Assembly: GCA_044229975.1 (NCBI GenBank)
Contig: JBGARZ010000001.1
Location: 256,001-320,000 of the forward strand
Length of the DNA stretch: 64,000 nt
Origin: Polyangiales bacterium
GTDB lineage: Bacteria; Myxococcota_A; Polyangia; Polyangiales; Ga0077539
Direction: 5' to 3'
Shown here: in pieces, positions 47,178 to 56,496 of the stretch
Layout: each line of letters opens with the position of its first letter
Numbering within the stretch: the stretch's first letter is position 1
Position numbers and translations under genes: made by a program
The notes under the pieces: generated by a model
The model's database searches: none
The model's input: the letters and a program-made list of their open reading frames with translations, nothing else
Told to the model about the DNA's origin: nothing

Positions 47178-48452
47178 TCAGCGCATCAGGACGACGCGGA
47201 TGCGCTGGTTGTACGTGTCGGCGATGAAGAGCCGGCCGCCGGTGTCGGTCTCGACGCCGTTGGGGCGATCGAGCAGGGCGAGCGTGGGAGAGCCGCCGTC
47301 GCCGTCGAAGCCGCGCATGCCGCAGCGGCCCGCGACGGTGCGGATGTTTCCGTCGGCGCCCACGGCGCGCACGCAGGAGTTCTGCGTGTCGGCGATGTAG
47401 ACGGTTCCGTCGGGGCCGACCTCGACGTCGGTGGGCTGGTTGAGCGTCGCCGCCGTGGCCGCGCCGCCGTCGCCCGTGGCGCCGACCATGCCCGTGCCCG
47501 CGAAGGTGGTGATCATGCCCGCGGTGGTGACCTTGCGGATGACGTTGTTGCCCGTGTCGGCGATGTAGAGGTTGCCGAGGCTGTCCATGTCGATGCGGCC
47601 CGCGGGGTTGGCCGCCTGACCGATGGGGTTGCGGAGCTGCGCCATCAGCGCCGGGCCGTTGTCCCCACTGAAGCCCGCCATGCCGTTGCCCACGACGGTG
47701 TTGATCATGCCGTTGCCGTCGACGCGGCGGATTCGCTGGTTGGCCTGGTCGGCGATGTACACGTCGCCCGTCGGCGCGATCACGATGCCCACCGGGAGGT
47801 CGAGGATCGCGTTGAGGGCCGGGCCGCCGTCGCCGCCGAAGCTGCGGCCGCCGGTGCCGCAGATGTCCTCGATCATCGAGTCGGCCATGCCGACGTTGGT
47901 CACGCGCTTGATGAGGCTGTTGTGCCACGCGGCGATGATCATCCGCCCCTGCGGGTCGAAGGCGATGTTGGTCGGGTGGTTGAGGCGGAAGCGCAGCGCG
48001 GGCGACGCCATGCGCGGAGTGCCCGGAGGGATGGGCGGGTCGACGCCGTCGGAGAGCTCACCCGTGCCGACCACCGTACGAACGGTGCCGTCGGAGGCCT
48101 GTTCGCGGACGACGTGGTTGTTCCAGTCGAGGAAGTAGAGTCGGCCGTTGGGGCCGAGGGTCATGTCCTGCGGGAGGTACGTGCGCGACGCGGTGCCCGC
48201 GACGTTGTTGGCGCCGACTCCTGCCTCACCGTTGCCGATGATGGTGCAGATGGTGCCCGCGCGCGGCGTGCACTGGGTGTTGGTGACCGGCGGCGGCGTG
48301 TCGAGGGTGGCGCCGCAGCTGCTGGCGAGCGCCTGGTCTTCGGTGAGCACGTCGGCGCAGGGGTCGTTGGTGCAGCTCACGGCGACGACCGCCAGGGTGA
48401 GCAGGGAGAGGTGGTGGTTTCGCGCGCGCATCGTTCGCTCCATGAGACTCAT
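47178..48452 (-). CDS. NHL-repeat beta-propeller lipoprotein
   Basis: Lipobox AVSC; repeats of GDGGPA...L..P.G...G..YIADxxNxxIR; ATGA coupling to the upstream gene. Confidence 0.88.
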   Translation of the reverse strand: MSLMERTMRARNHHLSLLTLAVVAVSCTNDPCADVLTEDQALASSCGATLDTPPPVTNTQCTPRAGTICTIIGNGEAGVGANNVAGTASRTYLPQDMTLGPNGRLYFLDWNNHVVREQASDGTVRTVVGTGELSDGVDPPIPPGTPRMASPALRFRLNHPTNIAFDPQGRMIIAAWHNSLIKRVTNVGMADSMIEDICGTGGRSFGGDGGPALNAILDLPVGIVIAPTGDVYIADQANQRIRRVDGNGMINTVVGNGMAGFSGDNGPALMAQLRNPIGQAANPAGRIDMDSLGNLYIADTGNNVIRKVTTAGMITTFAGTGMVGATGDGGAATAATLNQPTDVEVGPDGTVYIADTQNSCVRAVGADGNIRTVAGRCGMRGFDGDGGSPTLALLDRPNGVETDTGGRLFIADTYNQRIRVVLMR

Positions 48453-50593
48453 CGCCAGACCCGGCGCACGCGGTCGTTGAGCGTGTCGCAGATGAAGAGG
48501 TTGCCCTGGGCATCAAACGCGATGCCGTGCGGGCGGTAGAGGGAGGCCTGGAGTGCCGGGCCGCGGTCGCCGCCGTAGCCGCGCTGGCCGTTGCCCGCGA
48601 CGGTGGTGATGACGTTGGTGGTGAGGTCCACCGCGCGGATGCGGTGGTTGTTGGTGTCGGCGATGTAGAGCCGACCGTCGGGGCCGAACTCGATGTCCTG
48701 CGGCGAGTTGAGCTGCGCCATGAGGGCGGGGCCGTCGTCGCCCGCGTAGCCGAAGGTGCCGGTGCCCACCAGGGTGGTGATCATCCCGGTGGCAAGCTCG
48801 ACGCGCCGGATGCGGTGGTTGCCGGTGTCCGAGATGTAGAGGTTGCGCTCCTCGCGATCGAGCGCGATGCCGCCCTCGGGCTCGGGGTTCTCACCCGTCT
48901 GGAGGTTGAACGACGCCATCATCGCCGGGCCGTTGTCGCCGCCGTAGCGGCGCATGCCGTCGCCCGCGATGGTGGTGACCATCCCGCCGGCGATGTCGAT
49001 GCGACGCACGCGGACGTTGCCCTGGTCGAGCAGGTACATCGTGTTGCCGTCGCGGGTCATCGCGCCCTTGGAGGGTTGCTTGATGCGGGCCATCGCGAAG
49101 GGTCCGTCGATCCAGCCGGGGCCGCGGCCGAGCGGGACGAAGGTCATGCCCGTGGCCGGATCCCAGCGGCGGATCTTGTGGTTGTGCCAGGCCACCACGA
49201 ACAGCCGCCCGTCGGGGTGGAACATCAAATCGGTCGGGTGGTTGAGCGCCACGGTGTCGCCGGGCGCGCCGGGCTCGGTGAGGTCGGTGGGCATCGGCGG
49301 GCCGTCGCCAGGCTCCGCCGTCCCCATGATGGTCTCGAAGGTGTTGTTGGCCGTGACGCGGCGGATGCGGTGGTTGTTCCAGTCGAGGATGATGGGTCGC
49401 CCGTCGGGGGCGAACTCCATGTCCATCGGCCAGTACATCATCGACTCGCGGAGGGGGCGGTTGTCGCCGTTGAAGCCCGCGACGCCGGCGCCCGCGTACG
49501 TGCAGATGTTGCCCGCCGTCGGGTCGCAGCGGGTGATGGACTCCGGCGTCACGATGGTCGTGCGGGGAATCGCCTCGCCGAAGCGGTAGATGACACCGCG
49601 GGTGAGCGCGCTGGTCTGGAGGTCGCCGCCGACGGCCCACACGGCGCCCGTCGGGTCGACCCAGACGGCGTGGAAGTCGAGCTGCGTGCGCGGCGCGCGA
49701 GCGACCTCACGCCACGCCCCCGAGCGACGCTGGAAGAGCGCGCCCGAGTTGCCCACCGCGAGGGGCGAACCCTCCGCCGGGATGTACACACCGCTCAGCC
49801 GCGGGGCCGTCTCGACGGTGACCGCGCGCCACGGGCTGGTGCCCTCGGACTCCAGGATGATGCCCGACACATTGCCGCCCACGGCGTAGCGCTGCGTGCC
49901 GCGCTGATAGACCGTGAAGAGCGGGCCGCGGCCGCCCTCGGGGACGGCCTGCTGCTCCCACGCGGTACCGTTCCAGTGGATCAACGCGCCGTTGGTGCCG
50001 CAGACGGTGACGTCGTTGGCGGCGGTGCCGTTGACCTTGTACCAGACGGTGGTGGCGTTCATCCCGCCGGGCGCGGCCTGTGCCGACCACGCGGTGCCGT
50101 CGAAGTGCCAGAGCGCGCCGCCGCTGCTGCCGTTGGGGTCACCGCCCACCGCCCACACGTCGTTGGCGCTGGCGCCCCACACGCCGAAGAGCGTCGGGGT
50201 GCTGGCGGGCGTGGTCATGCGCTCGGTGGCGCCGGTGGCCGGGTTGTGGCGCAGCACGGTGCCGTCGCTGCCGACCATGAACACCAGCGTCGGCGAGATG
50301 CCCTGCACCCACCAGAGGCTGCCGTGGCCGAGCCGGGTGTCGATGCGCGTCCAGCGTGTGCCATCGAAGTGCAACGCTTGCGGACCTGTGCCGTCGTTGG
50401 CGTCAGCGCCGACGGCGTAGACGTCCTGCGCGGTGGTGCCCCAGATGGAGAGCATCGCGCCCGGCAGGTCGGCCTGCACCGCCTGCCATTGGAAGCTCGG
50501 CGGCATCTCATCGCTGCAACCGACGGCGGACGCACCGAGCGCCGCCACGACGAGCGTCAACACGCCCGGCCTCATTCCTGATCGCAGTGTCAT
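48449..50593 (-). CDS. Lipoprotein with two beta-propellers (WGxSxxDVWAVG repeats + NHL repeats)
   Basis: Lipobox AVGC; IWGTTAQDVYAVG and VWGASANDVWAVG...HFDGTAW repeats, then NHL repeats; GGAGG RBS before ATG 50593. Confidence 0.86.
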   Translation of the reverse strand: MTLRSGMRPGVLTLVVAALGASAVGCSDEMPPSFQWQAVQADLPGAMLSIWGTTAQDVYAVGADANDGTGPQALHFDGTRWTRIDTRLGHGSLWWVQGISPTLVFMVGSDGTVLRHNPATGATERMTTPASTPTLFGVWGASANDVWAVGGDPNGSSGGALWHFDGTAWSAQAAPGGMNATTVWYKVNGTAANDVTVCGTNGALIHWNGTAWEQQAVPEGGRGPLFTVYQRGTQRYAVGGNVSGIILESEGTSPWRAVTVETAPRLSGVYIPAEGSPLAVGNSGALFQRRSGAWREVARAPRTQLDFHAVWVDPTGAVWAVGGDLQTSALTRGVIYRFGEAIPRTTIVTPESITRCDPTAGNICTYAGAGVAGFNGDNRPLRESMMYWPMDMEFAPDGRPIILDWNNHRIRRVTANNTFETIMGTAEPGDGPPMPTDLTEPGAPGDTVALNHPTDLMFHPDGRLFVVAWHNHKIRRWDPATGMTFVPLGRGPGWIDGPFAMARIKQPSKGAMTRDGNTMYLLDQGNVRVRRIDIAGGMVTTIAGDGMRRYGGDNGPAMMASFNLQTGENPEPEGGIALDREERNLYISDTGNHRIRRVELATGMITTLVGTGTFGYAGDDGPALMAQLNSPQDIEFGPDGRLYIADTNNHRIRAVDLTTNVITTVAGNGQRGYGGDRGPALQASLYRPHGIAFDAQGNLFICDTLNDRVRRVWR

Positions 50594-50631
50594 CGACGTT
50601 CCTCCATGGGATGGGTCACGAGGCGATGCGG

Positions 50632-50647
50632 AGCACGGCCCGTTCCA
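50632..50647 (-). promoter_or_regulatory. Candidate sigma54 -24/-12 promoter of the NHL operon
   Basis: Minus strand TGGAACGGGCCGTGCT (GG-N10-GC), about 40 nt upstream of the ATG, leaving room for the RBS. Confidence 0.55.
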
Positions 50648-50720
50648 GCTCAACGTTGGTACCTGATGGGAGGTGCTTCGGGGAAGCCGCGGCACTGACC
50701 GGTGATAGCTTCGCGGCGCG

Positions 50721-51452
50721 ATGTTCTGCCGGGTGTTGCTGGCCTGCGGGTGGTGCGTGTTCTTCGGGTGTTCGAAGGACGCGGTGGTGGAGGTCGACGC
50801 GGGCCCGCTGCGGGTCGACCGCGGAGTGACGCAGGACTCCACGGTCGACCTCGGAAGCGAGCCGATGGACGCCGCGACGCTCGCGGATGGTCCGGCGGCG
50901 GACGTGCCCGTGGCGGCGGACGTGGCCGTCGACCGAGGGGCACCCAGGGACGTCGGGCCGCCGCGCACGCTGGCCTGCGGGGCGTTGGCGCGCACGGAAG
51001 ACCCGACGAGCGACACCGTGCTGCTGGGCAACGAAGCGGGCGGCCAGTTCACGCTGGTCATCGATGTGCCGGTGGTGAACGTCGGGATCATCGCGCGCGG
51101 GCCCGTCGACCTCGCGCTGGCGGGTGACTTCGTGGACCGCGTGCGCGTGGTGCACATCGTCGGCGAGGGGTCGATGGCGTCGACACTGTATGCGCCGGCT
51201 GCGGTGCGCTTCGAGCGAGCGGGAACGCCCGCGGCGCCGGTGGCGGACGTCACGGGCAACGCGACGATGACCTGCGCGAGCGACTGCGAGACGGGTCGCG
51301 TACCGGGCGACCGCGGGTGCAACTCGGCGACGCAGGTGCGAACGTATTTTCAGCGGTTTTTCGGGGAGAGCCGGCGGATGGTGCATCTGCAGACGAGCAC
51401 CTTCGACGGGCTGTTTGTGTTCGTCGGGCGCGGCGGGTGCTGCCTGCCGTAG
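50721..51452 (+). CDS. Hypothetical lipoprotein
   Basis: FFGC lipobox, Asp/Ala/Pro linker, Cys-containing C-terminal domain (DRGCNSATQVRTYF...GGCCLP). Confidence 0.65.
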   Translation: MFCRVLLACGWCVFFGCSKDAVVEVDAGPLRVDRGVTQDSTVDLGSEPMDAATLADGPAADVPVAADVAVDRGAPRDVGPPRTLACGALARTEDPTSDTVLLGNEAGGQFTLVIDVPVVNVGIIARGPVDLALAGDFVDRVRVVHIVGEGSMASTLYAPAAVRFERAGTPAAPVADVTGNATMTCASDCETGRVPGDRGCNSATQVRTYFQRFFGESRRMVHLQTSTFDGLFVFVGRGGCCLP

Positions 51453-51460
51453 CGGGCGGG

Positions 51461-51907
51461 TCAGCCGGTCTGCTTTACGGGCTCCGGATCGAGCAACGCG
51501 TTGAGCGACCGGCCCGCTTGTGGCGTTGCGAGGACTTCCTTGAGGGCCCCCACAAGTTCGGCCGAGTCTGATGCGAGTTGAAACCCGCCGTCGTAACGAA
51601 CCTTGACCGGGTAGCCAGCCGGGTCGGGCTCGAACTCGCAGAGCATCGTGGGCGCACGGCCTTGGCGTTCGAAGACGAGGGCTTGATAATGCCGCGTAGT
51701 CGATGCCTGTCTCACGTTGCCCGGAGGAACATACATCGTGATTACTGGTGGCCAGATGCGTTCGACCACACCGACCTCGCCGCCCGAGAGCAGTCGGATC
51801 TGAGCGTCGAGATCATCGACGATGGTCTTGATCTCGCGGAGGCGTGCGTCTGCATCGAGCGCTGCCTGTCTCCCCTGCTTCGCGGCCTCCAAGAAATTCT
51901 CACCCAT
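51461..51907 (-). CDS. Hypothetical protein coupled to the EEP nuclease gene
   Basis: 148 aa, 8-nt overlap with the EEP gene, GAGG RBS, lower GC; N-terminal helix then alpha/beta (AGYPVKVRY). Confidence 0.7.
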   Translation of the reverse strand: MGENFLEAAKQGRQAALDADARLREIKTIVDDLDAQIRLLSGGEVGVVERIWPPVITMYVPPGNVRQASTTRHYQALVFERQGRAPTMLCEFEPDPAGYPVKVRYDGGFQLASDSAELVGALKEVLATPQAGRSLNALLDPEPVKQTG

Positions 51908-52820
51908 CGTCTTCCCTCACTTCGGCAGCAGCTTGGTGAATGTACTCCAGCGTGACGACCAGCGGGAGGTGGTCGAGTTGCTCGTCCAGATACGCTCCAC
52001 GGCGACCGCGAAGGGAGTCGCCATGCCATGGAGCAGTCTCATCCTCGCGGAGTGTCCATCCCACTCCCTCGACGAGCGACGCCGACGCCAACACCTGATC
52101 GTAGGTTCGCCAACGGCTCTCGACGCCGCTTCGATAGAAGTGGGTCCCCGAGGATGTGGCACCGCGCAGGTGACCATCGAAAGGCACCCTCGCCCCGAGC
52201 CAACGCCAGGCTGCGTTGTAGAGCAGGTCCGAACGCTTGCGCACCTGGTCGATGTCCCTGGTTCCGTTGAGCAACGCCATGGGCGACTGAAAGGGTTCGG
52301 TGTTGAAGTCTCCCGCGATGAGAACGTGGTCGAACCGACGCTGCGATCCCACCTCAAGCGCGGCGCCCAGCATGATGGCAGCCTGACGCTGAAGGCGTCG
52401 CACATGGTCCTGGTCTCCCATCCCAATGGCCGGCCAGTGGCACAGTCCCAGTCCGAGGAGGTCCTTCGTCGGCAGACTCAACTCGACGACAAGCCCCGCG
52501 CAGATCTTGTGACGGCCGACCTCCGCCGGGACGAGTCGAGCTTGCTCCGCACTCACGACGCGGGTATCGAAGGCGATCACCAGATCGTGTGACACCTCGC
52601 CGCGCTGTCGCGGCACGAGAACGTCCCACTCGCCGTCCAGCCTCAGCCATCCCATCAGCATCCGCAGGGATGCGGCCGTCATCTCGCACAGGCCAATCAC
52701 CGAGCACTGCTCGTCGTCGATCAGCGCCCGCACGACTCTCGCGACCCCCGCGATCTGCGCCTCGGTCAGCTCGGTCCCACCGACGAACCCGGTGTTCCAC
52801 CACCCGAAGCGGAGCTTCAT
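51900..52820 (-). CDS. Endonuclease/exonuclease/phosphatase (EEP) family protein
   Basis: WWNT, IGLCEM, CHWP, AGDFNTEPF, YDQVLAS, DHLPL form a full EEP catalytic set; TATGAT lies 6 nt before the ATG. Confidence 0.88.
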   Translation of the reverse strand: MKLRFGWWNTGFVGGTELTEAQIAGVARVVRALIDDEQCSVIGLCEMTAASLRMLMGWLRLDGEWDVLVPRQRGEVSHDLVIAFDTRVVSAEQARLVPAEVGRHKICAGLVVELSLPTKDLLGLGLCHWPAIGMGDQDHVRRLQRQAAIMLGAALEVGSQRRFDHVLIAGDFNTEPFQSPMALLNGTRDIDQVRKRSDLLYNAAWRWLGARVPFDGHLRGATSSGTHFYRSGVESRWRTYDQVLASASLVEGVGWTLREDETAPWHGDSLRGRRGAYLDEQLDHLPLVVTLEYIHQAAAEVREDDG

Positions 52821-52905
52821 CTCGCGATCATACGGAAGCTCATCAACGAGACCCAGGCCGCAACCAGTCAACCTTCACGATGCGTGGCCGTCGTCCGGTG
52901 GCGGT

Positions 52906-55900
52906 TCAGCGCACGGCGCGCTCGTCCGCGATCTCCTCCAGTTCGACGGTGCACAGCCCGCTGCGCTCGGCCTTCACGTTGACCACCTTGAGCGCGGTGC
53001 CGGGCGCGAGCAGGTACTCCTCCTCGCCCGAAAACGCCGAGTACGCCCGCACGCCCACCGCCCGCGCCGGCTTCACCGCAAACAATGTCCGCTTGCCCTT
53101 CGCCCCCAGGAACGAGTGCGCCACCGACAGCTTCGCCGTGCACGACGACACGCCCCACCACGTCACCGTGCGGCCCGCCGGGTACTGCCCGCGCAGGTCC
53201 ATCGCGACGCCGCGCCACAAGGTCCCATCGAAGCGCTCGATCTTCTCCAGCGCCGCGAGCAGCAGCCGCAGGTACGGCCGAAACGCGTCGACGTTCGCGC
53301 GGTCGGGGTCGCGCAGCGCGGCGTTGACCTGCCGGTAGAAGCCCGAGTCGCAGGTGTACAGGTACAGCGCCGCCACCTCGTGCTCGTCGAGCGCTCCGGC
53401 GCCCGCGGCCAGCTTCCGACGCGCGAAGTCCGACGACTGCTGCGCGAAGTGACCGAGGCCCTTGATCTGCGCCGCAAGCGGGGCGACCGCATCGGCGAAG
53501 GCCACCGCTGCCATCGCGCGCACACCCGTCACCTCGGGCAGCGCCTGCTGCGGCTCCTCCTTCACCTCCTGGAGACGCTCCAGGTAGAGCTTGTGGAGGT
53601 CCATGGTGCGGGCGATGAAGTCACCCATGCGGTCGGCCTCGCCGGTCGACGATGTGGCCACGGCGGACTTGTTCCAGCCGACGCTCGGGAGCCAGTCGAT
53701 GGTCTCCATCGCGAGGCCCTTGAGGGCGGCGTTGACGGCGCCGAAGTGATCGCCGTCGCAGAAGATGTCGCCCTGCGCTGCGGGGTTGGGGTGGTCGATG
53801 TGACGCACCTTCACCGCGGGGTACTTCCGCTCCACGCGCTGCACCACCGACTTCAGCGCCTTCGCCGCCGTGCCCCACCACGCGAACACCACGCCCTTGT
53901 GCGCGGCATCACCGCTCCCCTGCTTGGCCTTGAGAATCTCCTCGACCACCTTCTCCACCACGGGTCGCCAGAACGCCGTGTGCCGCGCGATGGCGTCGGT
54001 GTCGCCGCGGCCCCCATCCGCACTCGCGGTGAGCGCCGCGTTGAGCAGCAGCACCCCCTGCGTCAGCATCGCCTGGAACCACTCCGGCGGCTGCACGGCC
54101 TTCTTCTTGTCGAGCAGCGCGCGGATGTCCGCGATGGGCGTCGCCTTGGGGATGCCGTACTTCGACATCACCGCCGCCTTGATGATGCAGCGGATGCTCG
54201 TGACCCTCCCGAACTGGCTGTCCTTCCAGTGGTTGAAGGTGTTGTCGAACATCGCGATGCCCGTCGCCGACTCCACCCGCGGATACGGGTTCTGCCCGAA
54301 CACCACGACCTTCCACTTCTCGGGGGGATTGGGCTTCAGCGCCTGGAACGTCAGCTCGCGCACCGGCACCACGTCGGGCCCACGCTTCGGACCGATGAAG
54401 TCCGCCGCGTCGCGCTGCGCCTCGATCACCGGCTTGAGCAGCGGCAGCCACGCCTCGCCGCCGCCCTCGAAGAGCTCGTCGAGCTGCAACCCCGACGACA
54501 CGCCCGGCGCGCTAGCCGCCTTCGCGAGGCGCTTGAGCGACCCGATCACCCGGTAGAAGGTCCCATGCGCGCTGAGCTGAACGTCGTCGGCGACGTAGCG
54601 CACGCCCGCCTCGCGCACCGCCCTCGGAACGAGCACCGGAACCGCTCCGTCGACGCGCTCACCATGCGCCGTCACGCGCAGCTTTCCGCCCTCGTGCTCG
54701 CAGGTGAGCAGCACGCCCGACCCGACCTCGGTGACCTCCGGCAGCGACTTCGCCGACCCGCCGCCCGCGCCGCGCGCGCTCAGGTCGGCGCGGCTGCGGG
54801 AGCGCCCCTGGTACGACTGATCACGCAGGATCTTCCGCGCGCTCCGGTCGAGGCCGCCGCCCTCCACGGCGTTGGCGAAGTGTTCGAGCTGCGAGACCTC
54901 CTCGGCGATCTCGTACTCCTCGTCCATCGCCCGCGCGCGCTGGTCGGCCGCCTCGCGTCGCAGCACCGCCGCAGCCTCCGCGCGCTCGCCCGCGTCCGAA
55001 CGTCGCACCGCGCGCTCCTTCGCGAGCGCCACGCGCAGGCGGCTCACGGCGCGCATCACGTTGGGGTCGGGCCGTTCGTCCCCGGCCGCCGTCACGGCCG
55101 CGCGCACGACGGCGTGCCCGGTGACTTCTCCCCGCTTCGCCTGCGCGGCCACGGGGTCGTACTCGTACTCGACGTCGAGGAGGTCGAAGTCGCCCGCCTC
55201 GTCGGGCGCGTGCACGGTGAGCGTGAGGGCGAGGTGGCGGTCTTCGCCGCCGTACACGTCACCTACGGGAACGGTCACCGATCCGTCGCTCTGCGGCACA
55301 AGCCCGCGCGCATCGAGGAGCTCGGTGATGGTCACGCCGCGGCGCGGGCGCAGCGTGACGAAGAGCCCCTGCGCTGCGACCGAGGTGATGCTCTCGCCCT
55401 CGATCATGAACACCTGCGTCGCGTCTTCGGGCGTCTCGATGAAGTAGAAGTTTCCGCGCCCGGCCTCGGCCATGCCGATGAGCAGGTCTTCGTTGAAGTC
55501 GAGGCCGAAGCCGAGGGTCGTCGTGACCACGCCGCGCACGGCTCGCGTCGCGGCCTGGGCGATGATGTCAGGCGTCGACGTGACGCCCACGTTGGCCTGC
55601 CCGTCGGTGAGGAGCAGCACGCGCTTGAGGTCGTCGGCCGCGTCGGGCCGCGAGAGCACGAGGTCGCACCCGCGGTCCCACCCGCCGTGCAGCGCCGTCG
55701 CGCCGCCGGGCCGCACCGCGCGGATCTTCTTGATGATGGCCTCCGGGTCGTCGACCTTCGTAGGCGCGACCAGCGTCTCGATGCGGTTGTCGTAGACCAC
55801 CACGGAGAGCGTGTCGGCGGGCGAGAGCTGCCGCACCAGCAGCCCCGCGGCCTCGGTGGCCTGCTTCAACGGCGCACCCGACATCGAGCCCGAGCGGTCG

Positions 55901-56040
55901 ATCACCACGCTCACCGACAGCGGCCGCCGACCGGGCCGTCGGGACGCGGCGTAGTCGCCGTGGAAGGTCAGGAGGAGGTCGACCGTGATGGTCTGGCCCG
56001 CGGGCAGCGCGGGGCGCGTGAGTCCGTACGAGAGCTCCAT
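52906..56040 (-). CDS. vWA + uracil-DNA-glycosylase-fold + ADP-ribosyltransferase fusion protein
   Basis: vWA MIDAS ([23 protein letters not shown]); UNG motifs ([42 protein letters not shown]...IDW); ART motifs (LYLYT...[28 protein letters not shown]). One uninterrupted ORF. Confidence 0.9.
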   Translation of the reverse strand: MELSYGLTRPALPAGQTITVDLLLTFHGDYAASRRPGRRPLSVSVVIDRSGSMSGAPLKQATEAAGLLVRQLSPADTLSVVVYDNRIETLVAPTKVDDPEAIIKKIRAVRPGGATALHGGWDRGCDLVLSRPDAADDLKRVLLLTDGQANVGVTSTPDIIAQAATRAVRGVVTTTLGFGLDFNEDLLIGMAEAGRGNFYFIETPEDATQVFMIEGESITSVAAQGLFVTLRPRRGVTITELLDARGLVPQSDGSVTVPVGDVYGGEDRHLALTLTVHAPDEAGDFDLLDVEYEYDPVAAQAKRGEVTGHAVVRAAVTAAGDERPDPNVMRAVSRLRVALAKERAVRRSDAGERAEAAAVLRREAADQRARAMDEEYEIAEEVSQLEHFANAVEGGGLDRSARKILRDQSYQGRSRSRADLSARGAGGGSAKSLPEVTEVGSGVLLTCEHEGGKLRVTAHGERVDGAVPVLVPRAVREAGVRYVADDVQLSAHGTFYRVIGSLKRLAKAASAPGVSSGLQLDELFEGGGEAWLPLLKPVIEAQRDAADFIGPKRGPDVVPVRELTFQALKPNPPEKWKVVVFGQNPYPRVESATGIAMFDNTFNHWKDSQFGRVTSIRCIIKAAVMSKYGIPKATPIADIRALLDKKKAVQPPEWFQAMLTQGVLLLNAALTASADGGRGDTDAIARHTAFWRPVVEKVVEEILKAKQGSGDAAHKGVVFAWWGTAAKALKSVVQRVERKYPAVKVRHIDHPNPAAQGDIFCDGDHFGAVNAALKGLAMETIDWLPSVGWNKSAVATSSTGEADRMGDFIARTMDLHKLYLERLQEVKEEPQQALPEVTGVRAMAAVAFADAVAPLAAQIKGLGHFAQQSSDFARRKLAAGAGALDEHEVAALYLYTCDSGFYRQVNAALRDPDRANVDAFRPYLRLLLAALEKIERFDGTLWRGVAMDLRGQYPAGRTVTWWGVSSCTAKLSVAHSFLGAKGKRTLFAVKPARAVGVRAYSAFSGEEEYLLAPGTALKVVNVKAERSGLCTVELEEIADERAVR

Positions 56041-56177
56041 GCACGCTGGTGTATCGAAGCCCGGCGCACGCTGTCGAGAGGAGGCGTCGAGGGAGGTGTC
56101 AGGCAATGACCAGTTGATGGAGTACCGTGCGGCGATGACGAGAAGGTCCGCCACGTCACGATGACCCCGGTCGGTGC

Positions 56178-56456
56178 GTGGTCCGTACGTCCGCGCATCA
56201 GGTCGGCGGTCACGAAGGCGACAACCGCCTCATCGCGCAGACGGTGTTCGACGGGATGCCTGCGCACGTCGAGACCGTGGTGGCGCAGCCCGGGCTCGGC
56301 GTGATCCACGGCGCGCGGCTGCTGGAGAGCACTGCGCGCAGGCACCTCGTGGCCGCCGCCGCGACGATCAACGCGAAGCGCAAGGTGCCCTTCGAGCTGG
56401 TGATCCCACCGCCGCTTCGCGCGAAGCCGCCCAGGGCGAGGGCGACGAAGCGGTAG
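56178..56456 (+). CDS. Short hypothetical protein or gene remnant
   Basis: 92-aa ORF with high-GC codon pattern filling the gap between the ART fusion and the GH5 gene; no family recognised. Confidence 0.35.
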   Translation: MVRTSAHQVGGHEGDNRLIAQTVFDGMPAHVETVVAQPGLGVIHGARLLESTARRHLVAAAATINAKRKVPFELVIPPPLRAKPPRARATKR

Positions 56457-56496
56457 GGCGTCACGCGAGTGCTGCGAGCACCGTTGCACCCACTGG

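Noticed and set aside
50594..51322. N-terminal 243 aa of the 957-aa ORF 48449..51322
   Set aside because: Antisense to the lipoprotein at 50721..51452; the real start at 50593 has an RBS, a signal peptide and a promoter candidate.
52792..56109. 1105-aa plus-strand ORF
   Set aside because: Mirror of the vWA-UDG-ART gene, which has clear motifs on the minus strand.
56200..56240. GHEGDNR as a Fic-domain motif
   Set aside because: Does not fit HxFx(D/E)GNGRxxR and the ORF is too short for a Fic fold.
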